From Marsupella aquatica (taxonomy: Eukaryota; Plantae; Marchantiophyta), in NCBI GenBank assembly GCA_973895155.1, contig OZ316899.1:13891934-13955933 (forward strand): a DNA stretch of 64,000 bases. Reading direction: 5' to 3'. This document shows positions 23,746-37,845 of this stretch, one piece after another. The position numbers and the translations under genes are program-made. Each line of letters starts with the position of its first letter. Position 1 is the first letter of the stretch. The notes below the pieces were generated by a model, which saw only the letters and a program-made list of their open reading frames with translations, did no database searches and was not told the origin of the DNA.

Positions 23746-23870
23746 GCGCCCTCCTCAGTCTCATCCAAGAAAAAGTGGTCGTGGGTGCGATATTATCATG
23801 CTCGGTTGGAGCTTAATGATATTTTTGGCCACCCTATACCCAACCCGGTCATTCGCTCGCAGACATTACG

Positions 23871-26800
23871 ATGACGTTCCCATGTGATGGGTGTCCTGGG
23901 TTTGAGTTTGTTACTATTTCTCAAAGAGCTGCTCATAGGAGAGTAGTTCATCAGTCGATTTGCAGTGCCATCAAGGCCGATGGCACGAGATCTTCAGTCC
24001 GCATATCTGTAGCTTGTGATTGGCCGTGCCCTCACCGTTCTTGCTTGTCTCGCTTCCGTCGACCGAACCGCTTGCGGAACCATTATGCCAGAGAACACAT
24101 CCAAGGTACAACCCATAGTCGTGCATCGGTCCCAACAGGCGATTTGGGTGATTCAGTTCCCAGTAATGAAAGTCCCCCGGTGGCGACAATCTCGGAATTT
24201 GTGGACTCCCCAGAGGTGTTAAGTCAAGCAGATTTGTCTGTGGTGAAGTATGAGGGCATGGCATTGCTCTTGTGCATTACCTGCAATGTGATCCTGGACG
24301 GTTCCAACGTGAGGATGGTTTGCAGGCATGTCTGGAAGGATTTCGCGCCCCTCCGTAGAAATGGGGGACAAAGCTTATGGGGCCGACAAGATGAGCAACA
24401 GCTGTCACAGGCCATTGCAAGGATGCAATTAACCCCCCCAATGCAGTATGGGATCATTGCATTCGGGGATTAGTCTCCCCAGTCCCCGGTATTGTTGTTC
24501 GTAGAGGCTACTCGTGCCCCTTTTGCACTACCTACCACAGCGCAAGTAAGAAGACTATGCGTAATCACACGATACGAGTGCATCCCAAAGCTACCGACGT
24601 GACCATGTGTCACAGTAGTAGTGTTCAATGTCTTGTTCAAGGTGCCGGGAAGAAGTACTTTGCAGTCCGATGTCCAGACGACCAAGCCCGAGGTAGCACG
24701 CAAAGCCTGAAGTCTGCGCTGTCCAAGGCAATTCTTGAGATGGAGCTGACGCTCCCTGCACAGAACAATCCTCCCCCTCGAGAGCTATCCGCGTGGCTGC
24801 AAGCCACTAGATGGGTGAATGTTGCGACAGGACTCATACCAGAGAATTCAATGTACAATGATATCAGTGGTCCGATGCGTTTGGCTCGCTGGGAAGGTTT
24901 CCCATATGCATGGGTCCCGGATGTTGTGCTCTCATATGCCACGCTGGTGCAAAAAGTCTTGGTCGAGGCGGATTTCAGAGTGAGGACATTGGTTGTGAGC
25001 CCTGACTCCCCACAAGGATTCACCGAGTTCCTCCAGGAGTCCATGATAGAGAAGTATTGCTCAGTCATGACAAATTTCCTGTCCGCTTTATTGCTCTCTG
25101 CATGTGATCCTCTAGGCTCCCATGTGCTCCTTGTTGTGAAGGCTCCCGACTGCTTGAAGGTCCTTCTCCAAGCCCTAAAGATCCAGTTGGAGTCCCTTCC
25201 AGAGGGTCCCATAGACCCGGACCACTTTGACTACACTATCCTACACGACCTGTTGCTCGGTTTGTGGATCCCCCCACATCGGATGAAAGTGGTAGCCCAA
25301 AAATTGACGGACAATTTTTTTGCAGTTTTTGATCCTGTCCTCGCTCAAAGCGTGTGCACTCTCCACTGGTTATGCATGGAAGGAATCCACAGATATCACC
25401 CCAATGCTGTCAATGATGAAATTCTGGTGCTGAGCGGCAATCAAAATGGAGTTATGTTGCACTCTTTGGAATCGAGCGACAGCCGATGACCTGGATGTCA
25501 ACAATGCAAGAGCAATTATGGTATACGTGGAAGATAAACCCAGGCTAATAGAGACACCATTCAACTACATTTCTTCTTGGCAGACCCTTATGTGCTCGCT
25601 CATCGGCGAAAAGCCTAAAAGGCCGGATCTCATTGCATCAAAGCCCGGTTACACCGAATGCAAAGTGAGCGGTTATCCGATCACACTGGACGGCTATAGA
25701 GAAATGGTGATGGAGGTGATTAGTGAATGCACCGTCCTCACACAGGAACAAGTTCTTCTGGGTCTGGACACGGATTGGTTGGAGCGACTATTGGAACCCG
25801 GGGGCAGCGTAATTGTGGACAAGCTCACCAAAGAAAGAAACCCGTTCCACGAGCACATGCACGATTTGCACCAGCATCTGTTCTCCAATGACATGAGATC
25901 ATCACATTTTGTCCATCACTACGACAAGAACGGCATCCAGATGTGGAAGAAGAAGGCCCTGCGCGAATGGCTGGCTGCCACCGATAGATTGAGCGACCGA
26001 CTCACTTGGCTGCTGCATTTTACATCGGGTCAGCCAGCTAGGGCAGCGGAGTACGGCAGTTTCTTGATCCGCAACACCACAACCAACCAACGGACGTTCC
26101 TGTGGGCAGAAGGGACCTTGGTGATACACCTAACATATAACCAAATGTGTGGTTGAAGACGCTTGAAGCACATCATCCGGTTCTATGTCTGAGGGTAACC
26201 TTCCTCCAGTACCTTAGCATGGTGAGGCCTGTGCAGGTGTTTGTTGCGAGTCAATTGTGGGGTGGAGAGGAAGCAGCGGTGTACGCGGATTGTTGGTTTG
26301 TTGCAACCGGAAAAAGGCGTTTAACACGGCATGTGAGTGCAGGTGTGGAGAGGGAGTTCCTAAAATGATTTAAGGCCCCGTTTGGGATTAGGCCTCATCG
26401 GCACATTATAACCTTCTTTTCCGAGCCCATTCGGTTCTAGCTGCAAATATCGTTGGCTAATGACTGGCTGGATGCATCCGTAGGCCACTCGGTGTCCACC
26501 GCTGGCCTAACTATGCACAGAATAGCCAGGATTTGAGAGTTGTGGATCGACATGAGTGGAGGAACTTTAGGTTTGTCACAAAGAAGCTTCACCGTCTACT
26601 GAGGCTGCCGACAGACCTTAGGCGACACCTGGAGGCCAAGGCCGAGCCTGAGCCTAAGCCTAAGCCTGAGCTGCGTCCGGGCGGTCCGGCCCCACCTAGG
26701 TGTGGAAGTTGAGTTTTCTCCGCCCTCAAAGCGAATCCGGATCCTTCACAGATGTGATGATGGATCAAACACCGATCACGGTGACAAACTAGAGGGCCTG

Positions 26801-28618
26801 GACGCTGCTGCAATGTATGAAGCACGGATTGCAATTTGCAGCCTTGGTCATAGGGATTGGAAGTTGCATGAGCAAGCAATTGCAGTCGCTACAGTGGTGG
26901 ACAACATGCAGAATTTTGTAGCCATCCTACCCATGGGTTCCGGGAAATCGGCCGTTTTCATGGCAGCCGCTCGGAGTAGCGGAAGGACGGTGGTTGTCGT
27001 CGTTCCTCTGTATGATTGTGTTGATCCACACTCAGATGGCGGAGTGCAGGACCGCAGGCTTTGAATGTTTGGAGTTCAGGGTGAGCTGTATCCCTATGGC
27101 AGAGGTGCCTCCGCTCGTGTTTGTCCCTGTCGAGATTGCCATCCAAGAGAGTTTCCAAAGTTGGGCCAAACAACTTATTTGTGCCGGAAAATTGCATTCA
27201 ATCATCATAGACGAGGTGCATACGGTGTTGTGTCCCTACCATCATCAGTCCATGGCGCAGCTTCTTTGGCTTTCCCGACTGCATTGTCAGCTGATTGGAT
27301 TGATGGCCTCTCTACCACCCCGCAAGGAAGCGGCGTTATGGGGGAAGTTGGGAAGTCCATGGAAGGTGATTCGGGCCTGTACAACACAACCCAACCTCGA
27401 GTATAGAGTTGAGGAGGATGAGGCCAGGCTGGATTTGAAAATCGTGGAACTTGTACGCAATTGGGTGGCCGCCGCCAGCACAGATGACAGATCCCTGGTA
27501 TACACTATGACGAAGAATGAAGCTGTGGATTTGGATCAAACTCTGCAACAACATCATGTCCAAAGTTGCTTCTTAACCTCGGACATCGTGAAGGCAGATA
27601 GACTTAGCAAGCTACGAAGTTGGGAGGTGGGCACGCCTAAAGTCATGGTGGCGACCTCAGTGATTTCCTGCGGATATAACTATCCCAGCATTCGCTTGGT
27701 CGTGCATCGGGGAGGCTTTTATGGGTTGGAAGAGTACCACCAAGAGTCGGGCAGATGTGGACGGGACAGCCGGCCCGGAGTGTGCGTGGTGTTTTTGCAC
27801 AAGTACTATCGTGCTTGGGCGTTGTCCGCGCCATCCGTGCAAATTGAAGGAGTCAACAAGGAGAGCATGAAGATTGCGCACCAATGGATCGCGAACAGTA
27901 CCATTGGCGGCGATACAACCTTCACCTTGAGATGGACGGGAAGGCACAAGTTTCTGCCCTTCTTCCCGGCAGCTTGGCATGCGATGTGTGCCTGGAAGCC
28001 GCGGCTACCACGCCAAGCCAAAGTGGAGGCAATCACCCAAGACACCACTCGCACACAAGGCCAGATGGAGCAGCTGTTCAGGATGTATATATTCCGAGAC
28101 CGGAGAGCATAAGGATAGAGGCAAACATGCAGAAGGATATCATCAATCTCAAGTATGTTTGCCAGCATGGGGGTGATGGGAGGCGATGTCTCTTGTGTTG
28201 GGAGGACTCGCATAGCCCTGCAAATCATGGAATAAGGGAGTGTGGCGTAATGAGAGGGTTATGCCTGCGGTGTGTATCCAATCGCCATCGGGTTTCCAAC
28301 TGTAATGTGAAGGGTCAAGAACGTCATTATAATGCTTGCTTCAAGTGCTTCTTTCCGTTTGATAAAATTGACCAAACCCAGGTGCACAAGGGGGAATCCG
28401 GGAGCAGCACCTACAACGATCTGTCCGGAGAGAGGATATGAATTCTAATGTGGCATGCATATAGGAATGACGTCTCGCGCAGACGATTCAGGCAGCTATT
28501 TCCTGACATGCCATTGGATGACAGTAAATTTGAGCCTTGGCTACTTTCAAAGGACGTGGAGAGAATGCTAAACAATTTTGTGCGAGTGGCGGGAGCTATG
28601 ATGAGGATGAAACCATGA
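23871..28618 (+). pseudogene. Zinc finger + tyrosine-recombinase-like + RecQ-family SF2 helicase + Cys-rich C-terminus (fungal telomere-linked-helicase-like), multiply frameshifted
   Basis: C2H2 fingers (CDGC..H...H; CPHRSC..H....H); LHFTSGQPARAAE..RN; GIRPHRHII..DASVGHSVSTAG/NYA (26390-26520); helicase motifs LPMGSGKS, VVVVPL, IIIDEVH, VMVATS..G, YHQESGRCGRD; RQC-like Cys (LACDVC). No introns needed. Confidence 0.8.
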
Positions 28619-28959
28619 TCGGAAGCATGAAGAGAGCTTGCTCTATCCTTGTTGCCGACCAGAGACTCATGTTGAATGCAAAACAAGCTACAGTTTAGTA
28701 CACATAAGGATGTCTTCCCGCCCTGGGAATTTGATAGGGCGTTGCCAGCTGATGAAGGCGATACACTGACCATTCACAGCCCGGCCTGCCCCCCCAGACT
28801 CTCAGTAACCAGGAAATTGTGGAAATCGGCAAACAAACCTAACCGTGGCAACCATGCCCCCACGCGAGTGTTGCATAGGGTTTAGTGGGCGGGGTAGTCG
28901 TAACCCATGCTAAACCCACAACCGTTCATGCTTGTGGCCCGTCTCAACCTTTGCCTCCT

Positions 28960-28993
<34 letters not shown>
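28960..28993. repeat. (TAC)11 microsatellite
   Basis: Direct reading. Confidence 0.95.
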
Positions 28994-29450
28994 GACTAGG
29001 GCGTCTGAAACTTATGCTTTAGGATTATAGTTTGGCACCCGGTATATCACTGGCGTGGGCCGCCCGGGTCGGGTTTACTCTCCTCATTTTGTTCCTCATC
29101 ACAGGCTTTCACAGAGATACAGACACTTGCAAAATTCTCTTCATTGTAACTACATGGTTGGAAAACAAGTTGTGTAACCAAATGTTGAACTATCTGATTA
29201 TCGTATTGGGTGTGAACATTGAAAATAGCAACTAATGGTAGAAAAGCCTATAGGTACCGATCTCCTGGCATCCCGAAAACGATTGTAACTGCAATGTTTA
29301 CGAAATGAAGCAGAATTAAAATGGCAGGATTTTTGATAGTCGAAACACTAATACCTGCGGCCCGAGCAAAGCCAGCAGTGTAATCTCAACCTAATCCTAG
29401 CCAGTGTCCCCCTGGACACCGTCGCTTCCACCTTCCGTGAATCCCGCTTG

Positions 29451-31830
29451 CTAGTCCCTCCCAAACTCTATCCAATGACCCCGCAAGCGATCATTGTCCT
29501 CCCGGAGGACCCAGATCTGGTGGTTCAAGGAGTTAAACTCCCGCTGCATGATGTCGACCTCCTCCGCCGCGTCCTGAGAGGCGTCCTCCAAGTCGTGGAC
29601 GTTACTCTTCAGCATGTCCGTTAGGTGGTCTTGCTCGGTGACCTCTCTCCTGAGGCGATCAACCTCGGTCTCGAGAGTGTCGACCCCTATTGTGGCTTCT
29701 TCCTTGATCATGTCCGTCCGCCATTTGTGCTCCCGACCCTCTAGTTTGTAGATCTGGGTCCGAAGCCAAGCTATCTCCGCATCCTTGGCCGCGGTCGTGA
29801 TGAATGACAAAGCCACATACTCATTTATTTTGTCATTGGCCTCTTTAAAATATGCTTGGATCGCCTTGGTAGTCTCAGTGTAGCGTTGGTTTTCCGCATC
29901 CTCCCTTTGACATTGGGAAGTCTTGTACTCGTCTTTGGTCATAGTGGAGATGTCCGTCATGAGCGAACCCATCTCGCGGCAGACATTCTTGGTTACGTTC
30001 CCCAGCAAGGCGATGAGAAACTTTCCCGCAATTGACTATGGATCCTGACAAGGAACTTGGCCCTGCAAATCTTGCATTGGTCGACGTGAGAAACCGGCCT
30101 GCTCCAGGGTCATGTCAACCAGGGAAGAGTGCTTGGCTTCGAGGGCCGGATCTGGATCCATGGTTGTTATAAAATCCCAAATCCCCATGATTGCGGCTAT
30201 GACCTGGCCCTGGGCATCCATGGCCCCAATCGCCTCATGCGCCTGTGGAGGAGGTGCGACCAAGTCGGCCACCGGGTTTGGGCTCACGTTATCCGACATG
30301 TCTACCAGGCTCCTTGCTTTGGGCTGGGGCCATTGGTCGGACGGGAAGATTTCCGTCACATTGCACCCTAAACCCCCTCGATCGAATCGGGCATACCAAT
30401 GGAGGATGATCTTGATGTGGCTGGCCATATGTGCCTTGCCCCCAATGTGGAAGGTATTCTATAGCTGGACCATCTCCTTGTGGAACCTCCTCGCGAAGTA
30501 GGAAGCCCACCTCCTTGGCCTGTAATTCTCCACTTGAATTACCTGTGCAGCGGAGATGTCTCGTTGCGGCTCCATCAGGTGGATGGCGTATCTCTGGAAC
30601 TCCAGGCGCTCCGCAATCTCCGGCCTGAGGCACGTCCGGATGAGGAAGCTGTTGTTGACATGCCCATCTGGTGGAAAATTGGAGGAGTGATACCTTGCCC
30701 CCTTTCCTCCCGGGGCACGGGACTCCACCTTGTCCATGCCTTCGAGTAAGCAAAAGATCCTCCGCAATCTATTTTCGGATAAGGACATCAGGCGTCCTTC
30801 CACTCTTGTATTTTCTTGCATTGCGTTGTAGTTGGTGATGAAGTGTGCAAAGTCCTTAGTGTAGTAGCGGCTCGTGTTCCAGGGCAGGGTCACAAGGTGC
30901 TCAAATCCCTGTGCCCGGATGTAGGCGTCATGTGCGGGATGGAGGATCTTCCGGTGGAGGTTTTCTCCCATCCTATGCAGCGTCAACCGGGCTACCTCCA
31001 TGGGTAAGTGGGCCGATGATGCCGTCGGCTCCTTCCTCTTGCGGTTCCGGTTTTGGCTTTCAGAATGATCAGTCGGGTGTGATAATCCGGAATCCCAATC
31101 CTCCCTACTATCTGATCGGGCGGGCTGTGTGGGCAAGGTGACAGCCGTTGGTGTAGATGTCTGGCAAGCCTGGCCCCGCGTCTGGTCTACCTGGGCCGCC
31201 GCTACTTGGATTTGTGCTTGGGTGGGTTGGCGAGAGGGTTGTCTGTCGAGAGGAATGGACTCCTTGTCAGAACTCAGGTTTGGTAGCTCAACTGGTGGTG
31301 GTGTTGCCCTGGGCAGCGTCGCCCGTTGTTGTTGCTGTTGTTGTTGGCCACTACTCAAGGGTAACATTGGGGCTGGTGGCAGCGATGCCACTACTAGTAC
31401 TGGAACCATGGCCGCGGCTACATTCCGGGTTGCAGCTGCCATCACTGTGATGACGCTCCAACTCCCGACACCATAAGTCCCTTGTGCCCTCGCTGATGGA
31501 ACCGATCACAGGCATGTGATCAATGTGGTGGCGGGTCAAATCAATCGTCCCCTGAAGTAGTTCTGAAGATGTGGTCCTGGACCGAAGGAAAGCTTCCCAA
31601 TTGTCTAGGCACTTACTTCCGTCAAAGAACAGTTTGTGTTGTGTATATCTCTGCTCAAAGGAGAGGTTGGAGATCTTTGTTGCAATGTTTGTTAGCGACA
31701 CCACGGATGGCTCGTCCCAACTCTTTCTGGATTTCCCACTTCCGAGGCTAGCATTGCGGCAATGTGACTTCCCTGGGAGACAAAAGGAATTCCTGAACTA
31801 GATGGCCGTGCTGGACATGGGGAAGCTCGA
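29451..31830 (-). pseudogene. Transposase_32/PMD-like domain + coiled-coil ORF, homolog of the gene at 44522-47185
   Basis: LHRMGENLHRKILHP..GFEHLVTLPW..VESRAPGGKGA..PEIAERLEFQRYA..WASYFA matches 45460-45960; C-terminal coiled coil (EDNDRLR vs ADNDRLR). Confidence 0.8.
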
Positions 31831-32268
31831 CGAGTGCAATTCCGCCACAATCGTTAGCAATATGATTGATAAAACGCGTGAGTTTGTGGAGCTGCTAATG
31901 CAAGCATTTTTGCAGAAGGACAAGAGAGCTTTTTGCGAAATGGCAAGAATATAAGAAAGAGCAGTGGGAAGTGGCTCGCTCCTTCGATACCCTTATGTGT
32001 CCTTCCCAAACCTTCGCTCAGGCCTAAAAGAACAAGCAACCGTACCCAATCATGATTTAATAAAACCTCCGCTCCGCAGGTCCCAGTCCAAGCGTGAGTG
32101 GATCGGTCCCAGTCCCCGGCGTGAGTGGATCCTGCGATTCATGAGCAGTCATGTGTGTACGACAATGAAAAGGCATGAATTATAATTGAGATTGTTGGAT
32201 TCATACAGGAGTAGATGGTGGAACACGAATAGGGTAATGTCCTGGTTATTGGAGGGCATTATGAGATA

Positions 32269-32590
32269 CTAGCCCCATGCCCGCGCATTGCACGAAACAT
32301 TTTGAGGTGAGTGCAAGATGTTGAGGAGAGACATAGAATCCAAGGCGAGGGCTGGAGGGCAAGATGTCCAGGAGAGGAAAGATGTTGAGGTGAGAAAAGG
32401 TGTCAACGGGAGAAAAAGAAATGGAAGTGAGAAAAAGATGTAGAGGAGAGAAAAGATGGCAAGGTGAAAAAAATGCGAACACAATGAACCAATGTTGCGG
32501 GTTTAGGGAAAGATGTTGCGGTGAGGTAAAGGACACCAAAAAATGTTGGTTCATTGCCCAAAAGATGTTGAGAGGAGACAAAGATGGCAA
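32269..32590 (-). mobile_element. Helitron 3' end with subterminal ~18-19-bp tandem repeats
   Basis: Minus strand reads CGTGCAATGCGCGGGCATGGGGCTAG|T (hairpin + CTAG); AAGATGTTGAGG-type repeats are shared with 34330-34540. Confidence 0.7.
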
Positions 32591-34295
32591 GGTTTAGGGT
32601 AAGTTGTAAAGCAAACACAGAAAATGTAGGCAAATTCGTTCCATATGCATTGCAAAAAAAGATGTTGCATAAAAAAATGTCACTACATAAAATACGATGT
32701 TATGCAAGGGATATCATGGAGAAAATATGTCAATCATTACGTAAAAGAAAGTATGCCATAAATCAACTTTTATTAAAATGAAAATGAAAATTATTAATAC
32801 TTATTTTAAATACTGCTATTAAAAAGATGATACAGAAATGTACAAGATTATTCTGCTTTTTTCCACTTCCCTTTTTCTCACACCTTTTAACTCTTCCACT
32901 TCCCTTAGTTTACCCTGCTGGCCAAGTTCTTGCTACTCTCCCTCTCATCTTTGCATAGTGCTTTATAATTATTTGTGTTTTCTTTGTTTTCCCATTGTGT
33001 CTTTCTTTTTGAAATTGTTCTCCATTTACTCAATTTTTGTCTATTTTTCTCTATATTCCCCCTTCCCCCCCTTTTTTTCCTCTCGGCCAATTTCCTGTCC
33101 ACCTTCCCCCTCATCTTAGTTTGCGTAGTTCCAAATTATTATAATATTATTGTACCCTGGTACTCCCAATGGGAGAACAAAAAAGGACAATCTGGTACCA
33201 GCCATAATTATTGTACTTTCTAGTACAATACAACTATTCTAGAATAAAGTGCTGAGGATGTCAGGTGTGTGTCAGTGTGCGGCATATCAGGGCTTCCACC
33301 GCCCTTTCAAGAGAGGAAGGTATGCATCTGCCCTGCATAGGGCTAAATACCTCAAGTACCTCTCGTTTTCACGATCAACGGTGACGCAAAGACCTCAAAA
33401 AAGATCAATGGCCAGGGATGATTCCCGCCAAGGCTGCATTTCATAAGGGGACGAAGGACAAAATCTGGCGGGATCCTGTACTATAGTTGTAGAAGAAAGA
33501 TTCTCATAATGCAAGTAACTAGGACAGTTAATGTATGTAAAAACTTGAGTGACTTTTAGGTAACAAACAAGAAAAAGTGAATCTCTGAATAAAAAGTCCA
33601 AGCAAAAGGGCCTGCAATCGGGTAAAGGCATGAAAGAAGTTTAAAACAATTCTTGTACAAATTGGGTTTTACCTTTCCTATTTTTGTGATACTTCACATA
33701 ATGCCCTCCTCGAAAGAAGGGAGGCTGTATGGGAAATTAACGCACTCGAAAATAGAAAGAAAAATTACCCAAAAGGAGGATTCTCTTCCCTTTGGTAGTC
33801 TGGTTATGAAATGATAAAAAAAATTGTCACGCATGTCATCATTTTAATAATCATACATAACATAGCATACTCTTTTCTATACAAATCCCTCTTTCTATGC
33901 GCATATGTTATGATGGGGTCATGGAGCTCATTTTTTAATGTAAATAGAAATCATTGACAAAAACCATGCATGATTACCATTTGACATATATCATATCATC
34001 GTATCTTCCTATCTTACTATAAAAGTGCCAACTGAAGTCTAGTTTTAAGAAACTAGGCCTAGGCCATCATGTGCATGGGAAAAACTCATATGTCAACTGG
34101 TACATGCAAGTTTTTTTGTGATAATTTCTAAGAAATCTTATTTATAAACCGCCCACTACAAAGTGTTAGCTACAGATGGGGCCTAGGTTTCTAGATCGAG
34201 TGAAGAAGCCCCTAGACCGTAACTCCATGGCTCATCAATGATGTGGATGGGAAAATGATAATCATGCATGCTTTTTGTAGTGATTTCTATTTACA

Positions 34296-35162
34296 CTAGC
34301 TAGCCCAATGCCCTTGCGTTGCACGAAAGATGTCAATGTGATAAAACAAGGTCGAGGTGACAAAAGATGTCGAGGGGAGGAGGGAAAAGATATTGAGGAG
34401 AAAAAAGATGTTAAGGAGAGAAAAAAATGTTGAGATGAAAAAAGATGTTGAGGTGATAAAAGATATCAAGATGAGAAAAGATGTTGAGGTGAGGAAAGAT
34501 ATCTAGGAGAGAACCTTAAAGATATTAAGGCGATAAAAGATGTCTAGTTAATAAACTCATTGTCATTGTTGTGGCCATTTTTATGTGTGGGGCCATTCAT
34601 TTGTGTCCTTGGTCAATATGGTTATTGCAAAACGCATTAGGATTTAGTGTTAAATAATGTAAGTTGGAAGAAATTCCTCATAGAGAGAATAGAAAAACTA
34701 AGAAATTAATTTAGTTCTCCCCTCAATAGCCTTTTTTCCACTTTCCTATGAATTATGTCTTTTGAACTGAAACCTCTAATTTGTATTGTTCTTTTTCTAT
34801 ATGTTACTTTAATTGAATGCGACAAACATGTGTCCAAAAGTTATGCGAGTCTACTTAGATTTTCTTGTTAGATCCACCTATCCACTATAGCCACAGGTCA
34901 ACTCACATTGAATTTCCAGTCACTTTGATATTAGAATCCTTTTATGGATTTTAGTGCCATAGTCTAGGTGTGGGTGAAAGCGCATCCGTGTCCCAAGCTA
35001 GGAGAGAGTCTTTATTCTTCCTTGCACCCAATCTCATGGACAGGAATATCTAGGCCTTAAATCCAAGGGTCATATTAATGAGTTCCCTCCAAAACTGCAT
35101 TTTGTAAGCAACGATAAGTAAAAAAGGGCGGGATTGTATATTATAGTGAGTAGATAGCTAGA
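34296..35162 (-). mobile_element. Complete non-autonomous Helitron (867 bp)
   Basis: Minus strand A|TC...CGTGCAACGCAAGGG..CTAG|T with no TSD; the empty site TTCTATTTACA|TTAAAAAA is preserved in the inverted paralog at ~33931-33950. Confidence 0.85.
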
Positions 35163-36949
35163 TTAAAAAATGTACTCTATGGTCCCCCACCATAACATAT
35201 GTGCATAGAAAGAGGGATGTGCATAGAAAAGAGTATGGTTTGTTAAGGATAATTATTAAAATGATGACATGGATGATGTTTTATTTATTTATTTATTTCA
35301 TTAATCTCAAAGAATGTGAATAAGGACTATTTTTGGTGTCATTTATATTGTAATCCCTTCTATTCATGTTCAAAGAATGGGTAGTCAGGGCTAGCAGTCA
35401 TGAATTTTCCATCCAGAATATGAGCCATGGAGTTAGGGCTTCACTCTAGAAATCTAGGCCCCAACTCTAGCTTGCAGTTTGCGCTTTACAAGTAAGATAT
35501 ATGTATCTTTAAAGACAAGAGACCTGGCATTGGGTATTCCTAGCCTAAATGGTTTAATTAGGAAATTTCTCATTTATCCTAGGTAGAACAAAAAAAAGGT
35601 TTAATAGTTTAGGGTTTAGGGAGGTTGAATCACGTATTTTTTCCAGACTTTGTGTTTTTCTCCCACAACCTTGCAATAACAATGCAGTCGGGGACAACGA
35701 TATGTGGGGTGGGGGATGGGGACGAGAGAGAAAACCTACCCTGCCACACGACTTCTACCGGTACCTCTCCTCTCCACCCACAACTCATTTTTTCATTTTT
35801 TTCTCATTGATTTCTTGCTTCAACAACTTCTGCACTCTTCCCTGCCTAAAATTTGAACAAGTCCCGGATATCACTTCACTTGGTACAATGCACTCCTTTT
35901 GGACCACAAATTTTTGGAATTTCCGATTTAGGGGATAGGGTTTGGGGTTTAGGGTTTCAGGGGTGGTTTGCATGCAGCGCAAATTCGACCTCTCCTTCCT
36001 TCCCCCATCTCATTCTTTAAAGTTATTTTCTCGAAATGAAGTTGTTTTTGTTGCATTTTGACCACTTTTCTATCAGCAAGAATTCCCAAATGGAAACACT
36101 TTTAGAAATGACATCCCATCGCTTCCACTTTCAAACTTCAAAACGTTTTTATTCAATATATATATGTACTTTTGTGCCCTATCTATCTTCAACTTAAATA
36201 CTTAATCCGGCCAAAACTGAAAACAAAATCATCCCTTTACCTAATGAGATTTACTGGGAACAATTCCCTAACGATCGACCCCCTGAGGTCTATGAACGGT
36301 CCAGATCTGAAATTGAAATGTCTATCAACGGTCCAGACTGGGGAAAAGTAAGCAGGGGGTTGATTAAGCAAGCTTTTTCCAGAAGGGGGTCTACTAAGCA
36401 TATCTCTCATGCCTTAGCATTGGATTTATTTTATAGTTTACTCCCACCTTGGATCACCTAGAAATCAGTGTAACCGAAGGAGTCAAGCTAGACAATAAGT
36501 GATAATAATTGTGAGTGTACAAATTAACAACAACAAAGTTAATTTGTCAGACATGAATATTTAATAGGGTTTAGGGTTTACTCGTTGCATGTTAAAGGCA
36601 TTTGTATTATTTGAAGGAAGTATAATTAGTAATACTCTCCACCCTATACAGCTAAAATGAGTGGGTATAATTGTGAAGAATATCTATTCAGTTATTTTTC
36701 AAAAAGCTAAATTTCAATTTTCTCTTTGATGTCATGAGAGGGGGGAAGGTGTGTAGAATACCCTATCACCACCAGAAATAGGGTATAGTTGTTTCCAAAA
36801 ATGGGAATCAATCTTACCTTGTCAGATCTATCCATACACACGATGTAAAGTAAATGCCTTCCCAAGCTACAATTTAGGGTATGTATCGAAGTTTAGATCC
36901 ACCCTAAATCCACCCAAGATAGAAACTTGATTATAAATAACTAAATGTA

Positions 36950-37351
36950 TATTTTTCTTTCTCCCCTCTACATCTTTTCTCTCCTGGACATTTCTTAATT
37001 TGTCTCCTTGGTATCTTTTCTCACCTTGACCTTTTTTCCTCGCATGAACACCTTTTTATCACCTCCATATCTTATATATTTTTTATATCATCATCTTTCT
37101 CTCACCTTGACATCTTTATATCGCCATGACATCTTTATAATCACCACGACATGTTTCCTTCACCCTCGACCATTTTTCTCTCCTGAACTTCTTTGACTCG
37201 TCTTTGCTTCTTTCCTCACCTTGCCGTTGTTTCTCACCTCGACATCTTTTTCTCACCTCGACATCTTTTTCTCTCATCGATATCATTTTCCATCTTGACA
37301 ATCTTTTCCTCACATCAACATCTTTTGTGCAACTCACAGTCATCGGGCTAG
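36950..37351 (+). mobile_element. Helitron 3' part, same family
   Basis: CACCTCGACATCTTT tandem repeats ending TGTGCAACTCACAG..GGGCTAG|T. A further decayed copy lies at ~39200-39415. Confidence 0.65.
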
Positions 37352-37845
37352 TAGTATCCCTATAATGTGCTATGCCACCACGAGGTGTGGGGTGCCGTAT
37401 CCAGGTTACAGGCCAAGGAAAAGCATGAATGATATTTTTGCCGTCCAATTGATCACACTGTTCTTTTGTTGATTATTCATCTCTTGAAAATGAGAGTTTG
37501 CAGATATAAGAAAAACAAGCAGAAATAACAATCACAAAGGGTCTACAATATCGCTTTATTGCGCCCACACAATCCTGCAATCAGTAGTACATCATACAGA
37601 AAGCGAGTCCACCCGGGGAATAGATCCTGTACGTTAAAACAATCATCATGTAAAACTACAATAAGGGATCCCGCCAAATCCCTCTTGTCGCCCGTTTACA
37701 AAATGGGAAAAGGGAGGGTACATTGCTTTACCCTAAGAATGATGTATAGGAAAATGTAGGGACTCTTGGATCGGTTGAAAAGGTGCCCACAATATAAATA
37801 GTAGGATACGCAAAGTATATGTGACAAAGTGACATATATGTGCTA

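Noticed and set aside
36270-36410. MULE terminus similar to 5440-5492
   Set aside because: Resembles one TIR, but no matching other end or TSD was found.
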